From Tubulanus polymorphus (taxonomy: Eukaryota; Animalia; Nemertea), in assembly GCF_964204645.1 (NCBI RefSeq), contig NC_134032.1, positions 13,938,275 to 14,002,274 on the forward strand: a stretch of DNA of 64,000 bases, read 5' to 3'. Under the pieces are notes generated by a model that saw nothing but the letters and a program-made list of their open reading frames with translations, was not told where the DNA came from and ran no database searches. The translations under genes were made by a program, and so were the position numbers. Every line of letters begins with the position of its first letter. The stretch's first letter is position 1. Shown piece by piece: positions 41,701 through 53,535 of this stretch.

Positions 41701-42655
41701 TCTGGCTGTTAGAAAAGAACAATAACATTCACATTCAGGTCAAAATCGATAAGTTACGAAGGGTATCGAACTCCGATTAAATTCTGTAACTTTGATGATA
41801 ATTCTGACGAAAAACTCAAAAGAATCGGTTGTTTCAAGGTAACAGAAGAATTTATACTTACTGCCTTTGCTGCTGTTTGTTTACGCTGATGACATGAAAG
41901 AAAAAAAGAGAATTCATTTTAATTTTGTTATTTCACGTTCACACGTTAAATACAGTAAATATAAATACATCAATAAAAGAGATACATAAAATATATGCAC
42001 ATATATCCGTGAGCAAATGTTTCCAGATTTTACTGTGTGCTAATGTTATATAAAAAAAACTTGATTATAAAATAATTCTTAGTGACGGGAATTTATTTCA
42101 TTGAAAGCAGGATTATTTTCATGACTTTGTTCCTGGTATGAAATATACGATGAAAATCACAAACAAATCATCGTCTGTCAGAAAGAAATAAACACGACTA
42201 GAAATTCCATGATACAGAAAACTTCTCACTTACTTCTGGTGCAGCTGTTGTTGTTGTCGCTGAATTCTGTCGCAATAAAAAAAAAAGAGAATTCATGAAT
42301 TTCTTGCATTATTTCATATTCAGTAGCAAACATTAAACACAGGAGATCATATTATAATTAAAACAAAAGACAAGTTTTATATCTGTATTTGGAAAAACTC
42401 TGATATTTCTGTATTCGTTTGTTTTAGGGTTTTATTTAAACAATATAAAGTCCATTAAACAGAAAAATTCAAACTTACTGTATTCGTCGCTGTTGGTCTG
42501 TTCTGTTGCAATAAAAGAAAAGAGAATTCATTAATTTCTTGCATTAAAACTCTGATCTTTCTGTAACTTAGATATTTCTGTATTCGTTTGTTTTACAGTT
42601 TGATTCAAACGATATAGAGTCCATGAAACAGAAAAATTCAAACTTCTGTTGTCGT

Positions 42656-42694
<39 letters not shown>

Positions 42695-44024
42695 AGCAGC
42701 AGCAAACTGTCGCGATGAAAGAAAAGTAATTAATTGCGTTGTTATTTCATATTGAGTAGCACACATTTTTAATCATGATTAAAATTGAGATCATGATTAA
42801 AACGAATACCAGACAGGTTTAGGTTTAATATCTGGAAAAAGATTTCATCATAGTAAACTTGTTACAATGAGAGAAAACAAAAAACACCACGCGATAAATC
42901 AGTTTGATAATTCCTTTCATCGGGATATTTGCACTTTAAAAATGACAATTGTAATTATTATCATTACTATTATCGTTATTACTACGAGTTTGATGATAAT
43001 TATGAACTACACGCGCAAATATAAGCGTATGTGTAAGTGATCGCGCACACAAACTGAAGACGAAATCAGTTACAACTTGCTCAAAGAGTTATGAAGTTTC
43101 AATGACTCTCAGCGAAAATGGTTGATATCATATTCCACCGAGGAGATTAATAGAAAACTTACAAAATGAATTTCCGCTTCTACTGTTATCTAGAAAAGAG
43201 AATTAACATTCATATCTATAAAAATCATTCATTAAATGATCAATGAATCTAAGCGCCAGTTTTATGGAGACCCATGTTTACTTTAATAAAATCTGGGTTA
43301 ACTTGATTAAAAGTGAATTCAGTTAACTGAGCACGGGTTAAACATAATATCAGTCTAACCGGCTTCAGATGACCAGCTTAAACAAAACAGGTTTACATAA
43401 AATGATATCATAAAATCTAAACTTACTGGTGGCGGAATTTCCTCCGGGACTTCTGGCTGTTAGAAAAGAACAATAACATTCACGTTCATTAGAATTATTT
43501 GAAAAATAAGCATCTGGGGGCGGTTGCACGTCAATCGAGTCTTAAGTCCGAAAGTGGTCTTAAATCATAAGACTGGTCTTAAGTTGTTAGATTGGCTATA
43601 GAACCAAGTTGGTCTTAGACTGATCTTAAGTCTAAGCCCTGACTATGGAACCGGCCCCAGAAAATGTTTGTTTTGAATATTGATTGTAACATCAAATGAT
43701 AACCGGTCCCGGGTTCAAATCCACATTTAATTAAATATTCAATCTGTATCCTGGATGGTTAGTGAGGTGGAGATATCTTAACGGAGGAGTGGACGGTATC
43801 TTTGATGGGTTGGTATGAACGCCAACACCAGGGGGAGTGGGGGCGGGGTATTTAAATCTAGCTCCGATATATCAATGAAATACTGCGCACTATCTCAAAA
43901 ATATCGATGACGTAGTGCACATCTACTCAGGTAAGTATATTAGGTTTATCAATGTATATACAGACATATTATTGGAACAAAAAAAAAAATGAATACTTAC
44001 TATCTGCTTTCGTTTTGGAGCCAT
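23274..44024 (-). CDS. 36-exon microexon-rich gene; about 670-aa low-complexity, putatively nuclear protein with a central KH-like domain
   Basis: Each coding exon has a pyrimidine tract+AG acceptor and GT donor (last exon ends at the stop), and the joined frame has no stop. Exons in transcript order: 44001-44024 MAPKRKQI; 43427-43456 PEVPEEIPPP; 43163-43189 ITVEAEIHF; 42479-42502 NRPTATNT; 42234-42266 NSATTTTAAPE; 41862-41885 RKQTAAKA; 41676-41705; 41407-41439; 40772-40795; 40523-40558; 40150-40173; 39715-39759 HHTGTRSKLASPDIE; 37090-37170; 36603-36722; 35829-35855 TLKEKRKME; 35701-35727 RERKKKALE; 35432-35473; 34865-34900; 34567-34596; 33546-33593; 33246-33269 KPTASPKE; 32955-32984; 32741-32773 VTRKRRRSVDE; 32033-32068 QPVSPPKIRREE; 31398-31424 DINLFDDLW; 31212-31265; 30042-30074 ESEIARIVQID; 29353-29385; 29210-29236 KRKLKVPAS; 28675-28716 DPVSPKRARIGPVK; 27855-27899; 27336-27386 RDEIPPLRRSPRLRRRR; 26682-26727 (phase 0-1); 25937-26002 (1-1); 24018-24253 (1-0); 23274-23741 (terminal). 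Confidence 0.8.
24018..24253 (-). CDS. Penultimate exon (35) of the microexon gene
   Basis: tattttacag|TGGAACC...TTACGGGAG|gtaagc; 236 nt, phase 1-0; inside ORF 23934..24302. Confidence 0.8.
25225..25266 (+). ncRNA. Minimal type I hammerhead ribozyme (Penelope-like element pLTR type)
   Basis: ACAC-CTGACGA-T-GATCTC-tagggt-GAGATC-GAAA-CGTC-GTGT. It has both core boxes, a 6-bp stem II, stem I ACAC/GTGT, a palindromic ACGT stem III and a GTC site. A TATATA tract lies upstream and AATAAA downstream. Confidence 0.75.
25369..25505. mobile_element. Truncated copy of the piggyBac-type MITE
   Basis: TTAA-CCCTTTCAGTGC followed by the reverse complement of ~46105-46241. Confidence 0.75.
26174..26375. 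repeat. 40-bp minisatellite x5
   Basis: Unit gagttaacactgaactcagaatctagttctacatttgcga. Confidence 0.9.
27468..27765. repeat. 43-bp minisatellite x7
   Basis: Unit gaatagctcggtaggaccggaaaggttcagggattctatatgt; the paralogous intron near 18200-18235 has only one partial unit. Confidence 0.9.
30950..31130. mobile_element. MITE (Harbinger/Tourist-like ends)
   Basis: TIR agggcg(a/t)actctttta ... taaaagagtacgccct. Confidence 0.55.
36158..36378. mobile_element. MITE
   Basis: Imperfect TIR gggcaaactttggtt ... aaccaaagttcgtccc. Confidence 0.5.
36603..37170 (-). CDS. Exons 13-14 (81+120 nt): KH-like domain without GxxG loop
   Basis: EIETVFELKLGTSLRASFQKTLTRKYP|QVIVDTPRVHPIVVVRGPKVAVDNCYEYAHELRDRLVAQE has a strand-helix-strand-strand-GP-helix pattern like type I KH folds (judged by eye). 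Paralogous copies differ mainly by synonymous or conservative changes. Confidence 0.65.
38052..38326. mobile_element. MITE with CATAGGC ends
   Basis: TIR cataggcgtcccc ... ggggatgcctatg; near-TSD aaaac/agaac. Confidence 0.6.
38803..39030. repeat. 37-bp minisatellite x6 with internal hairpin
   Basis: Unit caaaaccgtactgatacggttggcttgtttcttaact (AACCGTA/TACGGTT). Confidence 0.9.
40022..43483. repeat. Intragenic tandem duplication (~1.7 kb x2) carrying five microexons each
   Basis: 40022-41733 and 41734-43483 are near-identical including introns. Confidence 0.9.
43513..43660. mobile_element. MITE
   Basis: TIR ctgggggcggtt ... aaccggccccag. Confidence 0.55.
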
Positions 44025-44538
44025 ATTTCTAGAAAACAAAATAGAGACATCATAAACATTTGAGCGACGACACTTATCATCATTTGAAAATTGGCATATC
44101 GATTGTAAACAAATCCGCCAGATGACAGATCTGTAATCAGTCAGTGCTATGGAGGGTAGCCCTTGGGTTTTAATAGAAACAATATCAGAGACAACACACA
44201 TTAACATCTGGCCCCAGTGTTACCGCACTATATCAGTATGCATGGTTACTGCAGTTACATGGTTAAAAAATTTCTAAGTATTTCATGGGTGATTTTTCAA
44301 TTTTCCAAAGCGGAACTGAACCGATATCATCATGCTTCAGTTAACATTTTAGCGGTGAATGGTTGATAAAGATGATTCTCAAGGGAATTCGCTGACGAAA
44401 GTTGCACTTGGCAAATACACAAAATATAAATGAATTACCCAAATATTTCCTTGATTTTAGGAAAATTTCCGAAATTTATTTTTGGAAATAATTCCAAACT
44501 AGGAGTTATCATTTCAAAATTCCAAAGTTTTTCCCAAT

Positions 44539-44997
44539 AAAGAAGTTTCCAGTTTCTAGGCGCCATTTTGTGGCGGTCCCTCAAGATCCCCATTGTCCTC
44601 AGGAAAGATATTCAAAAAATTTTAAAGCAGGCCTAAACTGCAAATAACCCTTTTTAACCTCTGTGAAAATTGGAAATATAGCTTTAAGATATACTTAGAT
44701 ATTTCAAAATTAATGAATATCGCGATTTCATTTACGCGCGGTTAAGATATGCGGTCCTTGGTTTCATATCGTTACTGTTCTCAATTGTTGCGTTCAAAAA
44801 ATCCAAGAATTACCAACAAATATCTGCATTTCATTTCCTTTAAAATGGTGTATTAATTAAGTTAATCGAGCAAGGGACTGCAGAACTATATGATATTCAA
44901 TCTAAACTTATGTTTTAAAAATGAGCGCAAATTATCGCAACAATGGGGACCTCAAGGGACCGCCACAAAATGGCGCCTAGAAACTGGAAACTTCTTT
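44539..44997. mobile_element. 459-bp MITE with ~60-bp TIRs nested in a dispersed repeat
   Basis: aaagaagtttccagtttctaggcgccattttgtggcggtccct ... reverse complement. The host repeat (~44240-45022) has an uninterrupted copy at ~18857-19172. Confidence 0.8.
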
Positions 44998-45955
44998 ATT
45001 TCCGCGTTCTGTGAGAACCATGAGTATGCCTGTTTATCTTAGTGCTGAGTGCTGGTGGAATTTTTTAAATCTTTACATCTCCAGCACTTTCGAGTATTGA
45101 TTAGTTCAATGAAATGCTTAACGCACCTTAACATTTCAACAAAATATTTTGTTTAGGGTTTCATTCAGTAAACCATCAGGCCATACATGTAGTTCAACAG
45201 TTTTGGACGCAATGGGATACCGGCAAGGCTAATGAATGAATAAGACCCTAAAGATATTTTCTGTTGAAGACATTTTGAGGGCACCAACGATTCCCTACCA
45301 TTTTTCATTACCAGTTGAAATTTGGTTTATTTCAGAATGTTTTAAATCTAAAAAACTGATCTAGAAATGTGGAACTGGGGGTCCACAACAGTGGAACTGG
45401 ATCCTGATAGCCGCTTTAAATGAAATCTTTTTTACATTTTGGTTGAAGAAATTAAATTTGTGTAGGGTGCCAAAAATCCCAGATCAGTTATCCAAAGTAA
45501 TACACACTAAATTTTTTATTTTCGTGTTTAAACTTTTCTCAACTTGGTCTCAACAGGACCAGCGAAACTGTGCAGTCCAGATAAACCATCGTTTCTATAT
45601 ACATTTTACACTGTTTTGAAGGATTGCCAAAAAATCGTCTTTAACTGATTTGAATCAGAGAAAAGAGACTCCATTTTATGAACTAAATAAATTTTAACAA
45701 TATGTTCCATGCCTACCATTTTAAATCATTTTCAAATCATAGAAAATCATATTTTATAGGCATGGAAACACAAGAAACATTTTGTTAGAATTTCAAAAAT
45801 GGCTGATCTTTTGTAATTGCAACATGAGAAAATGAAGACTTTTTGGCAATTCTTCAATATGGTGTAAAGTGGATGTAAATACAACTGTTTATTCAGACTG
45901 CACATTTTCACTCTGGTCGTATCGAGACCAAATTGAGGTGTGTTCAAAAGTTTAA

Positions 45956-46241
45956 CCCTTTCAGTGCGTCTACACCGCAGTGTGGTATATAAATCGGTGA
46001 TGGATTTTGCTAGTACATCGCACTGCGGTGTCTTGATGTAATAAGTAATTAGTTTTTATCTCTATTGAAAGATGACAGCACCTGTCAAACACAGTGAAAT
46101 ACTAATAGCTAATGATACACCGTGCCGCGGTGTAGACGCACTACAGTGGTATTCCCGTTATTCAACAAACTAGGGCGGAATTTTTCAAAATTTTAAAATT
46201 ATCTCCAGCACTATAAAATTGATCAGTCAGCACTGAAAGGG
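45956..46241. mobile_element. piggyBac-type MITE
   Basis: TTAA|CCCTTTCAGTGC ... GCACTGAAAGGG|TTAA. Confidence 0.85.
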
Positions 46242-48559
46242 TTAAGAGAAATATCACAAAGTAATGGATGTCATGCAAAAATTATGAAGACATCGGTCCA
46301 TTCCGTTTCGTGAACGTAAAAATAAAACCCTGTAAATCAATTCGACATTCACTAAATTCACCTGCATTAATGAAGAAATTTAAAATCGATTTTAAGTGTA
46401 AGATATTTTTTATCTAAGTGGGTCCTAGTCTAATTGGGTCTAACAGTCAGTTTCACAAAAATTTTATCGGCGAGATAAACTTTAGTTAATGATGAAATTT
46501 TGTAATCGATTCTAAGTGTAAGGCTAAACAAAAATGATACCTTGTTTCTCTGCAGCGGCCGGGTCATTTTTATAAAATATAAAATTTATAAACAGTTCAT
46601 TTCTATAGCGGCCGGGTCTGTTATGGTAAAATTGATCACGATTTTAAAAAAAGTAATGTATAGGGTAGATTGGCGGCCAGCCGGGTCAACATTTAAGCTC
46701 AGCAGAGCGGAGAAACAAGGCGGCCAGCCGGGTCAACATTTAAGCTCAGCAGAGCGGAGAAACAAGGCATCAATTTTTTTTTAGCCTAAGATATTCTTCA
46801 TCTAAGTGGGTCCAAGTCTAATTGGGTCCAAGAGTAAGTTTCTCGAAAATTGTACAGCTATTTTCTATTTCGACTTGACTTGCACATCAGGTGGCCTAGC
46901 TCAGTCAGTTTTAGTGGTATATACCTGATAGAAGTCTTATTAGGACCAGAAAGGACCGGCAGTTGATGAAAAACATTGTTTTCTGATCCATTATACACTG
47001 TATTTAAGGATTGCAAAAAAGTCTTCATTGAAAACAGTTAAAATAGAGAAAAGTGGCTCTATGATTCCAACATTAAATTCTAACTATTTATTTCCATGCC
47101 TACATAGCAAACTTCAGTTGCTAAGGCTTTTTTGTAATCATTTGATACAGTGTGCAATGGATTAAAAAACGACTGCCCCTCAGTAAGTTTAGGTAGTATA
47201 TACCTGATATTAAAGAAACGGGTCAAAAGGGTAAGCACAGATGGGCAGCTGATCTAAAAGCATCGGTTCCATTTAAACTGCATTGAGGGATAACCTAAAT
47301 ATTCTTTAACTCAAATGATCTTCAATACAACGTGAAATGGATTAAATATCAAAGTTTAAGGTTGGCCGCCTATCTGTGCCATCTCATTTGAGACCTTTAT
47401 AACAGGTTATGTACTACCAAAACTGACTGAGCTAGGCCACCTGATGTGCGGCCAAATCTAGTTGAAATAGAAATTAATCAAAAAACCAATATTCTTTACC
47501 AACACTAATGGATACAAAAATCTTGTAAAACCAGGGCCAACTAAAATCGGGGAAGCAATTTCATGACATAAATTTGACACCAAAATCTATTTCATGGCTC
47601 AGTATTTTATGAGAATAGATAATTCTAGAATATAATAATATTTTGCCTAGTATTTGTTCATTTGTATCAACATCATCCACAGCTAATAGTGATCTAAGGT
47701 CTCAGTGAGCTGTATTGTATTCAAACAACTGTAAGACATCATTATTAGATCATGCTGTTACATTTTGAGCAGCCAGGGTTTGACTAGTTCGCCATCTAGT
47801 GGATACTATGAATTCGTGTCTATCGGATTAAATTGTCAGCTGGCAGATGAGCTTGGGAAGAAAGTTTTTCAAATCGATTCTAAAAATATTTACATTTTAT
47901 TCAGTTTATCTCACCAATAAATTTTTTGTGAAACTGACCCCTGGACCTTATTAGACTAGGCCTACGTGAAGAATATCTTACTCTAAAATCGCTTTTAAAT
48001 TAGTTCAAAACAGGTGCATATTGAATCGATTTAGGATAAATTTCGTTTGGGGAAAATGTACCCAGGGTCGATTGAACTGGTATTTTCTCAGTTTTGAAAA
48101 ACGGACTTATTCAACAAAAATGTCCAAAAGGGTTTCATATAGGCAGCTATCAGGATCCAGTTTCACAGTTCTGGACCCAGTTCCACAGTTGCAAGTTAGA
48201 GCTAACTGAGTTCATTTTCAATGTTTTAACTACAATCAATTTTGAACTCAGATTTAGAGTTCAGGTTTAAAGCAAATTGAAATGAACTAATTTTAACTCA
48301 AAGTAAACCAAAGATGAAACCGAGATCGAATGCTGATTTTCAGATGCAGCTCTCAATTCAGAATAATTCTTATCAAAATAATTTCTGATCTTTAGGACTA
48401 ATGACCCTTCATTTCACACGCCTCAAAATTGGACAAAAATGAACTCAGCTAGCTCTTCCCCAACCTGGAAGCTTTGTTTATTTTCTACCCTTAGCTACGT
48501 ATAAAGCTCGGGTCTAAAATCAAAACTTCACTTCAAAAACTTAGGCCTAGTTTACAAAA

Positions 48560-49370
48560 AAAATGGCCACCGGGCTGAAGAGGTATGAGGTAGGGAGAGG
48601 GATCGCCGCCGACGGGGCTTTGTTTCTTCAGTTTTCTTCTGCCGTTCGTTCGACCATCTCATTTTTTCAACCAGTCGCTGCTGTGATGATATTCTCCTGC
48701 AGAAATTTGAGATCTCAAAAAGATCGGCTTCAAAAACATCGGCGGCGATCAGGATTGAGGAGCGGGATGGGTGCGGAAAGTGGCGCCATTTCAGACGACA
48801 GAATATCGAGTTAAAACATCGTCTGAAATATCAGTTTACCTCAATAGATGATCGTCAAAAACTATTTCTGCGCCGTCCAAACGATCTCTTCTGTGATATT
48901 GGACGTAAAATCTACCGCAAAACGATCTGATTTAACGGATGTAAAGAGATTTAAATCGAAAAAATCGCCATCACGTTTACTTACATCGCTCGATTTAGCA
49001 TGAATGATAATGCGCGCAACGGGCGAGCCAATCACCGTGACGGAAACAATAGGATCCAATCAACGGAACGGATACTATCGGATGCCGGACCACGTGGTGT
49101 GTTTGAATCGGCGGCATTCGGATACGGATTCTATAACCGAACCGTCGAAATGATATATCATTATCAATTTCAATTGATGTATCGAAATATCAATTCGACT
49201 ATCGATAGAAATAGAAATGATTCTATCGTAGATCTTTTAATATCAGTATCGGATTTTTTTTAGATTTTACCGACGCCCGACGACCAAACAACTCACATCA
49301 TCCTCGATTGCCAGGGGCCGGATGAAACGTTGGACGCGGACCGCGTATCGGCCATCGGCACTATCTAGGC
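48560..49370 (-). promoter_or_regulatory. CpG-rich candidate promoter and 5'UTR exons of the microexon gene
   Basis: Local CpG enrichment; CCAATCA at 49028 and 49056; minus-strand donor GAG|gtaaac at 48840 and acceptor ttctgcag at 48697. Confidence 0.35.
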
Positions 49371-49378
49371 TATGAACC

Positions 49379-50144
49379 CAGGGGCGGATACAGGGGGTCG
49401 CACCTGCGGCACGTGCGACCCCTTGAATTTGTGAAGTGCCCTTTTCAAAAAGATTCTCATGAAAATACAGCGCCCGCAAAATCCGACGTCCGGACCTATG
49501 AAATGAATTAGAATTTGAATTATTGCGGAAAAGGGCACTTTATATTGCAAAAAATGGCACGTTTTATTGAATCAATTGCCAAAAGGCACGTTATATTGTC
49601 AAGAAGGGCACATATATTGCGAAAAAGGGCACGTTCATTTGCCAAAAATTAAGAAAAGGGCTCCAAAAATTGTTTGAAAAATCCTGTTATGGGCACGATT
49701 AATCTCCAAAATGAGGGCGCATTCAATCATATTACCGTACTGATGTGTTCTGACAGGGCACAACTCTGTGACTATCGGCACGTTCAAATTGCCAAAAAAA
49801 TCCTAAAGGCACATTGTATTGCCAAAAGGGCACGTTCATAAAAATTCAGAAAAGGGCTCAAAAATAGTTGTCTCAAAAAAATGACTAATAACTATCACAT
49901 TCTAAAAGGGGCACATTCAAATTGCAATAAATACTAAGAGTGGTTTGTTATTGCCTAAAATTCAGACAAGGGTATTTTTGCTATTTTGATGCCTCAGATG
50001 CTCTGATAGCTGGGCTTCAAATTTTTAACTGATTCTAAACCCCTTCGTACCTTCGGTGCTCGCCTCGTCGTCGTAATACAAATCCGGACAGGTGCCCTCT
50101 TGAATGAGTGCTACCCCTTGAATTTGGGCCTAGATCCGCCCCTG
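49379..50144 (+). mobile_element. 766-bp MITE with CAGGGGCGGAT TIRs and 5-bp TSD
   Basis: GAACC|caggggcggat ... atccgcccctg|GAACC; internal aaaagggca subrepeats. Confidence 0.8.
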
Positions 50145-52891
50145 GAACCGATACCAACCAAACACTTTCAAAAATAACTTGAAACCTTATTTAGAAATAA
50201 TTGCGATTAAGATTTCATCCCCGGCTTTAATTACTCTTGTTAGCTCATGTTTAATTAGTAAAAATGTTCATGTAAGTCCCAGACGAAGTCTCTTGATATT
50301 TCGGCTAAAACATTTACATGTCATTTGCGGTGTATCGTTTTTATATACTTGTAATCGATTTCAATAAATTAATCGATTTTCAATCGTCATTGTAATAATT
50401 TTGTTCTTTTTGAATAAATTTCTTTTTAATGTTTCGGATAATTCTATTGATTTTCCTTGTGTAACAATGAGTGAATTGCTAGCTACCTCCTGAGGGAGAG
50501 ACTCTCTTTAGTGCCTGCGGACCATGGGGGAGCTAAGAGGCTTCAGGATAAACGGGGGGTTGTACGCGGTTCGAACCCTGTACATCGATACTGATTCTTA
50601 GTGATTCCGCTACTGAAAGAGATGGACGGGGGTGTCCCAGGCTCAAATCCAATAGATAGTGACTGATTCTGAGTATTAACTGAAAAGAGGATGCTTTCTA
50701 TGTACTCGTCTATACTCAAACTGGAACCATTCAATGTCAACTAATATCTAGACTTCAAAAAGGTCGATTGAAGTGTTACCTTACAAACCTCAATCATACA
50801 CATGCAGCCCATTTATTAATTGATTAGACTTATTTCTTTTGAATATCATGCCTCAGTTCGGGGGTATATCATATTATCTAGGTCTAAACAGATTCCCAAA
50901 AAGTACGGGGATTTTAGCAGTGTACCGGTATAGCCGGTAGTATAGATATTTTCATAGGGATTGATAGTAGAAAATTGATATATGTGATAATTGAAAAATC
51001 GCCCATGAAATACTTGGTAAAAAGTTATAATGTGGGACTTCTGGGCTTTTGGTTCTATCATCTATCCTGCATGTTCCTTCTGCACACAAAATGAAATCCT
51101 CTTTTGGGAACAAAAATCCAGTTACGTAAACAAACAGCAAACATATCGTTTCGCATTAACCTTTTTCTATATTCAAATTCTAGTATTGAGTGATTTACAA
51201 TTCAATTGTTTATCGAAGATCTTTTTCTAAAAATCTCTAAACACTTATTCTGAATTTGACGGGGATCAATCGCTCAATGATATTTCTCAATAAGTTGTAC
51301 ACCTTAAAATCATAATCTTGAATATTTGAGCCAGTCATATCTATCTAAATCTTCAGTTGTACTTAGTTCCAAAATAAAGATTATAAAGCTAAAATCCATG
51401 AGGAGATCAAATTATTGAAATATTTTAGTTTCTTCAATCATTAAGAGATGGCGATAAGATCTGTTACACTCGTTTTGCACGTAACGGCCGTTAGGTGTTG
51501 TTGTAACTGTGCACTAGTTCATGAATAATCCATTAGATGGCGAAGTCATCTCATTATCATCTTATCTTATCTAAAACCGGCTTTGATGTATTGTAAATAG
51601 TTAATGGATATATTTTGTAAACTTTTTCATTCTCTAAATTTTAATCACTTCAGTGTTGTTTTGTAAATATTTGTATATACATGTGAAATAGTTTTCCTCC
51701 ATATACCATGGAAATGGTTGGAGCGTGAATAAAATCGTAATCGTAATCGTAATCGTAATCGTAATCTTTTGTAAGACTTTCAAACCTTCATTTACGCAGA
51801 AATGAATTTAAAAAAATAGCCTATAATTTGGGGATTTATAACATTGTCTATCTGATTATGACCAATTCTTGCTGAACTTGCGAAAACATTCCAAATTTAG
51901 ACACATTACTTAGAGCTTCAAATTTCCACTCAGCAAAATTGATCCAAGATGGTTTAGATATCATCATAGTAGTGTATAGTAAAGTATCTGTATATTTTGT
52001 CAATAACTTTCATGTCACCGATGTTTTCAAAATGTTTTTATTTTTATCTCGATTAACAAAATTATTTTTCCCCATTTACTATGTAAATATGGTAGGCGAG
52101 TAATGGCATTATCTTGGCGATCTGGTTTTAATTACTCCTCTTCAAAATGGTTTTAGCATTATATTTTTACTGTAAACATTTCAACCAGTTCACCATAGAT
52201 CAACAAGGGAGAGGAAATTCAGAATAAGCTCTATAGAAAAGGGAGGTGCTTGGGGTCTATCCCGAAGTGCTGGAGTTACATCTTCTTTCTTCACTTTTCC
52301 AAGATAAACCAAAAAATTCAGTGTCCAGGCTGGATCATTCCTAGGGTGTTGGCTTTTATCCTCTTTCCTTTCACCTTCTGTTCACAAATAAAATCCTGTG
52401 ATGAGAACAAAAATCCAATTGAACAAACAACAAATATCAAACAATCATAAAAGTCATGTTTTTCCAAATAAATTCGGACATAAATACATCTCTATTTACA
52501 TTTTAAGAAAATTTTCGATGTTCACATTTTTGAACCAAACCCTAAATTGTATATGAATATAATGATTATTATTAAAATGAAAAAAAAATTAACATACATT
52601 TTTGTAACGTAAACCTAAACAAAATTGAGCAAAAACTATCTAGAAAGCGAGGCAAACGTAATATAATCAGATTTCACCTTTTCTGAAAGAAAAAATGGAA
52701 TGTTTCTACTAGTATAAGATTCTTACACAGTTTTCATGATTTAACAATATTTATTTAATTGTATCATGGAAATGTTTCAATATTATCATACAACAATTAT
52801 CAAAATTTATTCAAACAACAAGAAAACTGCAATATTTCTTTCAATGATTATTTTCAATTCTTCCTTCAGTTTTAATCATATCAATGCATTC

Positions 52892-53030
52892 GGGATCATT
52901 CATTTATTACGTACACATTAGGAGAGGGTTGGAGGGGTAGGAGTCAGTGCAATTGTGTACTGTAATGCTTAATGTATACGAAAAAATGAAAAATTCAAAT
53001 TTTATGCGTACGTAATTAATGAATGATCCC
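52892..53030. mobile_element. Harbinger/Tourist-like MITE (second copy ~55207-55372, inverted)
   Basis: TTC|gggatcattcatt ... aatgaatgatccc|TTC. Confidence 0.7.
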
Positions 53031-53535
53031 TTCATCAAAATTCAACTTTTTTCTTACCTACAAAAGATTTTTCGACCAACAAAAAATCCACACAAGAAAT
53101 TCATAATCTCCTTTTCAATGAAATATCTATACCATAGATTTCTATATACAATCAGTTTTTCTCCGATCGAGTCAAATTCAATAAAGTTCAAGTAATTAAA
53201 GATAATTCTATGAATATTCAACCACACAGATACAACAAATAATTAAAGATTATTAAATTCTATAGTATATAGTTTGTATTCAGACCATTCATTCCTTGTG
53301 ATCACCATCAAATTCCAAAATTGGCTGATTTGCATATTGCATGTATATATTTTCACTCACTTAAAATAATCATCTCTTTAGTCTTTTTACAATATGTTTT
53401 TGTAGAACATATAAAATTTTCACATTAAAGCCTTTTTTCAATTCCTAAATTTTTCGATCATTTATTCTAAGTTGCTGCTACTGCTGTTAACGAATATTTA
53501 AACAAATCCAATTTAGTGACTGAAGGAAAGAAGGG

